From a virus (Duplodnaviria; Caudoviricetes), in IMG/VR virus record IMGVR_UViG_2818991472_000001, positions 91,260 through 155,259 of that record: a DNA stretch of 64,000 nt, one strand, 5' to 3'. Positions 63,364 to 64,000 of the stretch are shown here, one piece after another (position 1 is the stretch's first letter; each line of letters starts with the position of its first letter). A model generated the notes under the pieces. It was not told the DNA's origin and ran no database searches. It saw nothing but the letters and a program-made list of their open reading frames with translations. The position numbers and the translations under genes were made by a program.

Positions 63364-64000
63364 GTGTCCAAGTCAGCGGTGCAGCAGCCCCAGTTTAGGG
63401 CCCTCCCATCAGCATTGCACGCCAAGAGTGATGTAAATCTCGCCAAGTTCTCCGCAACCTCCCCTGTCGGACAGACGTCCAAGACCACGAGGACAGTCAC
63501 GTCCACCCCGCCGTGGCTCCTGGTCCTCCCCGCTCTCCCCCCCTCCGGCGTGCGCCTCCTCGTCGAGGGCGACCCCGAACAGCGCTACGGAGCCCGCTCC
63601 AAGGGCTGGGCCGTGATCAACGGGAAGACCACCAAGGTCCTCACCCCGATGCCCAGCAAGGAGAGCAACGGCTACGCCGTGACCTGGGTCGCCGCCATGT
63701 TCGCCGTCCGCGCCGGGTGGGACCGCCTGCAGTTCATCCGCGTCATGACCGACAGCCCCTCCAGGGCCGGGCGCTGGGCAAAGCACCTTCTCCACCTTCG
63801 CGGCCACGAGCGGGTGATCCGGGAGCTGAACCGCATCTGGGCCAGCGCCAAGGCCAAGGCCCGGGAAGACGACGGCATCTCCTCCCGCAGCGACGCCCTC
63901 TGGGACCTCCACCGGCTACTCGCCGAGTACTCCAAACTGGCGTGGACCGGCCAGGCCGGGGCCAGCGACCTCAAGGTCCTGATCGCCCACTGGATCTCCG
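63364..64000 (+). CDS. probable plasmid-type replication initiator, runs off the right edge
   Basis: GTG after AAGGAAG; frame open to the end; WTGQAGASDLKVLIAH resembles actinobacterial plasmid Rep. Confidence 0.5.
   Translation, partial: MSKSAVQQPQFRALPSALHAKSDVNLAKFSATSPVGQTSKTTRTVTSTPPWLLVLPALPPSGVRLLVEGDPEQRYGARSKGWAVINGKTTKVLTPMPSKESNGYAVTWVAAMFAVRAGWDRLQFIRVMTDSPSRAGRWAKHLLHLRGHERVIRELNRIWASAKAKAREDDGISSRSDALWDLHRLLAEYSKLAWTGQAGASDLKVLIAHWIS

Overview
High-GC actinomycete (Streptomycetaceae-like) DNA. It looks like part of a large temperate phage or phage-plasmid rather than core chromosome. The right half (33.5-64 kb, almost all minus strand) is a phage DNA-metabolism and packaging module: DinG helicase, DnaC-like loader, DnaB-like helicase, WhiB-like regulator, primase, J-domain protein, probable SSB, DnaE, RecA, Cas4-like exonuclease, two resolvase-like nucleases and a large terminase. 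A plasmid-type Rep gene and a candidate origin lie at the far right. Directly after the terminase is a ~1170-aa multi-enzyme protein (GNAT, RelE-like toxin, nucleotidyltransferase, two ADP-ribosyltransferase-like domains, 2H phosphoesterase). It carries a small antitoxin-like gene nested in another reading frame just upstream of the RelE domain. The left half is accessory: a WhiJ-like XRE/DUF397/ATPase cluster, a ParB-like plus helicase-associated-repeat pair, a Cre-like recombinase with a lox-like site, a radical SAM/thymidylate kinase/EEP/MazG operon and many hypothetical genes. Four recurrent non-coding motifs were found by eye: two promoter-embedded operators, a candidate late-gene element, and a YUGCCA hairpin-loop motif in the leaders of replication genes. 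All family calls come from motif recognition; no database searches were run, and many start codons were re-assigned from RBS and stop/start overlap.
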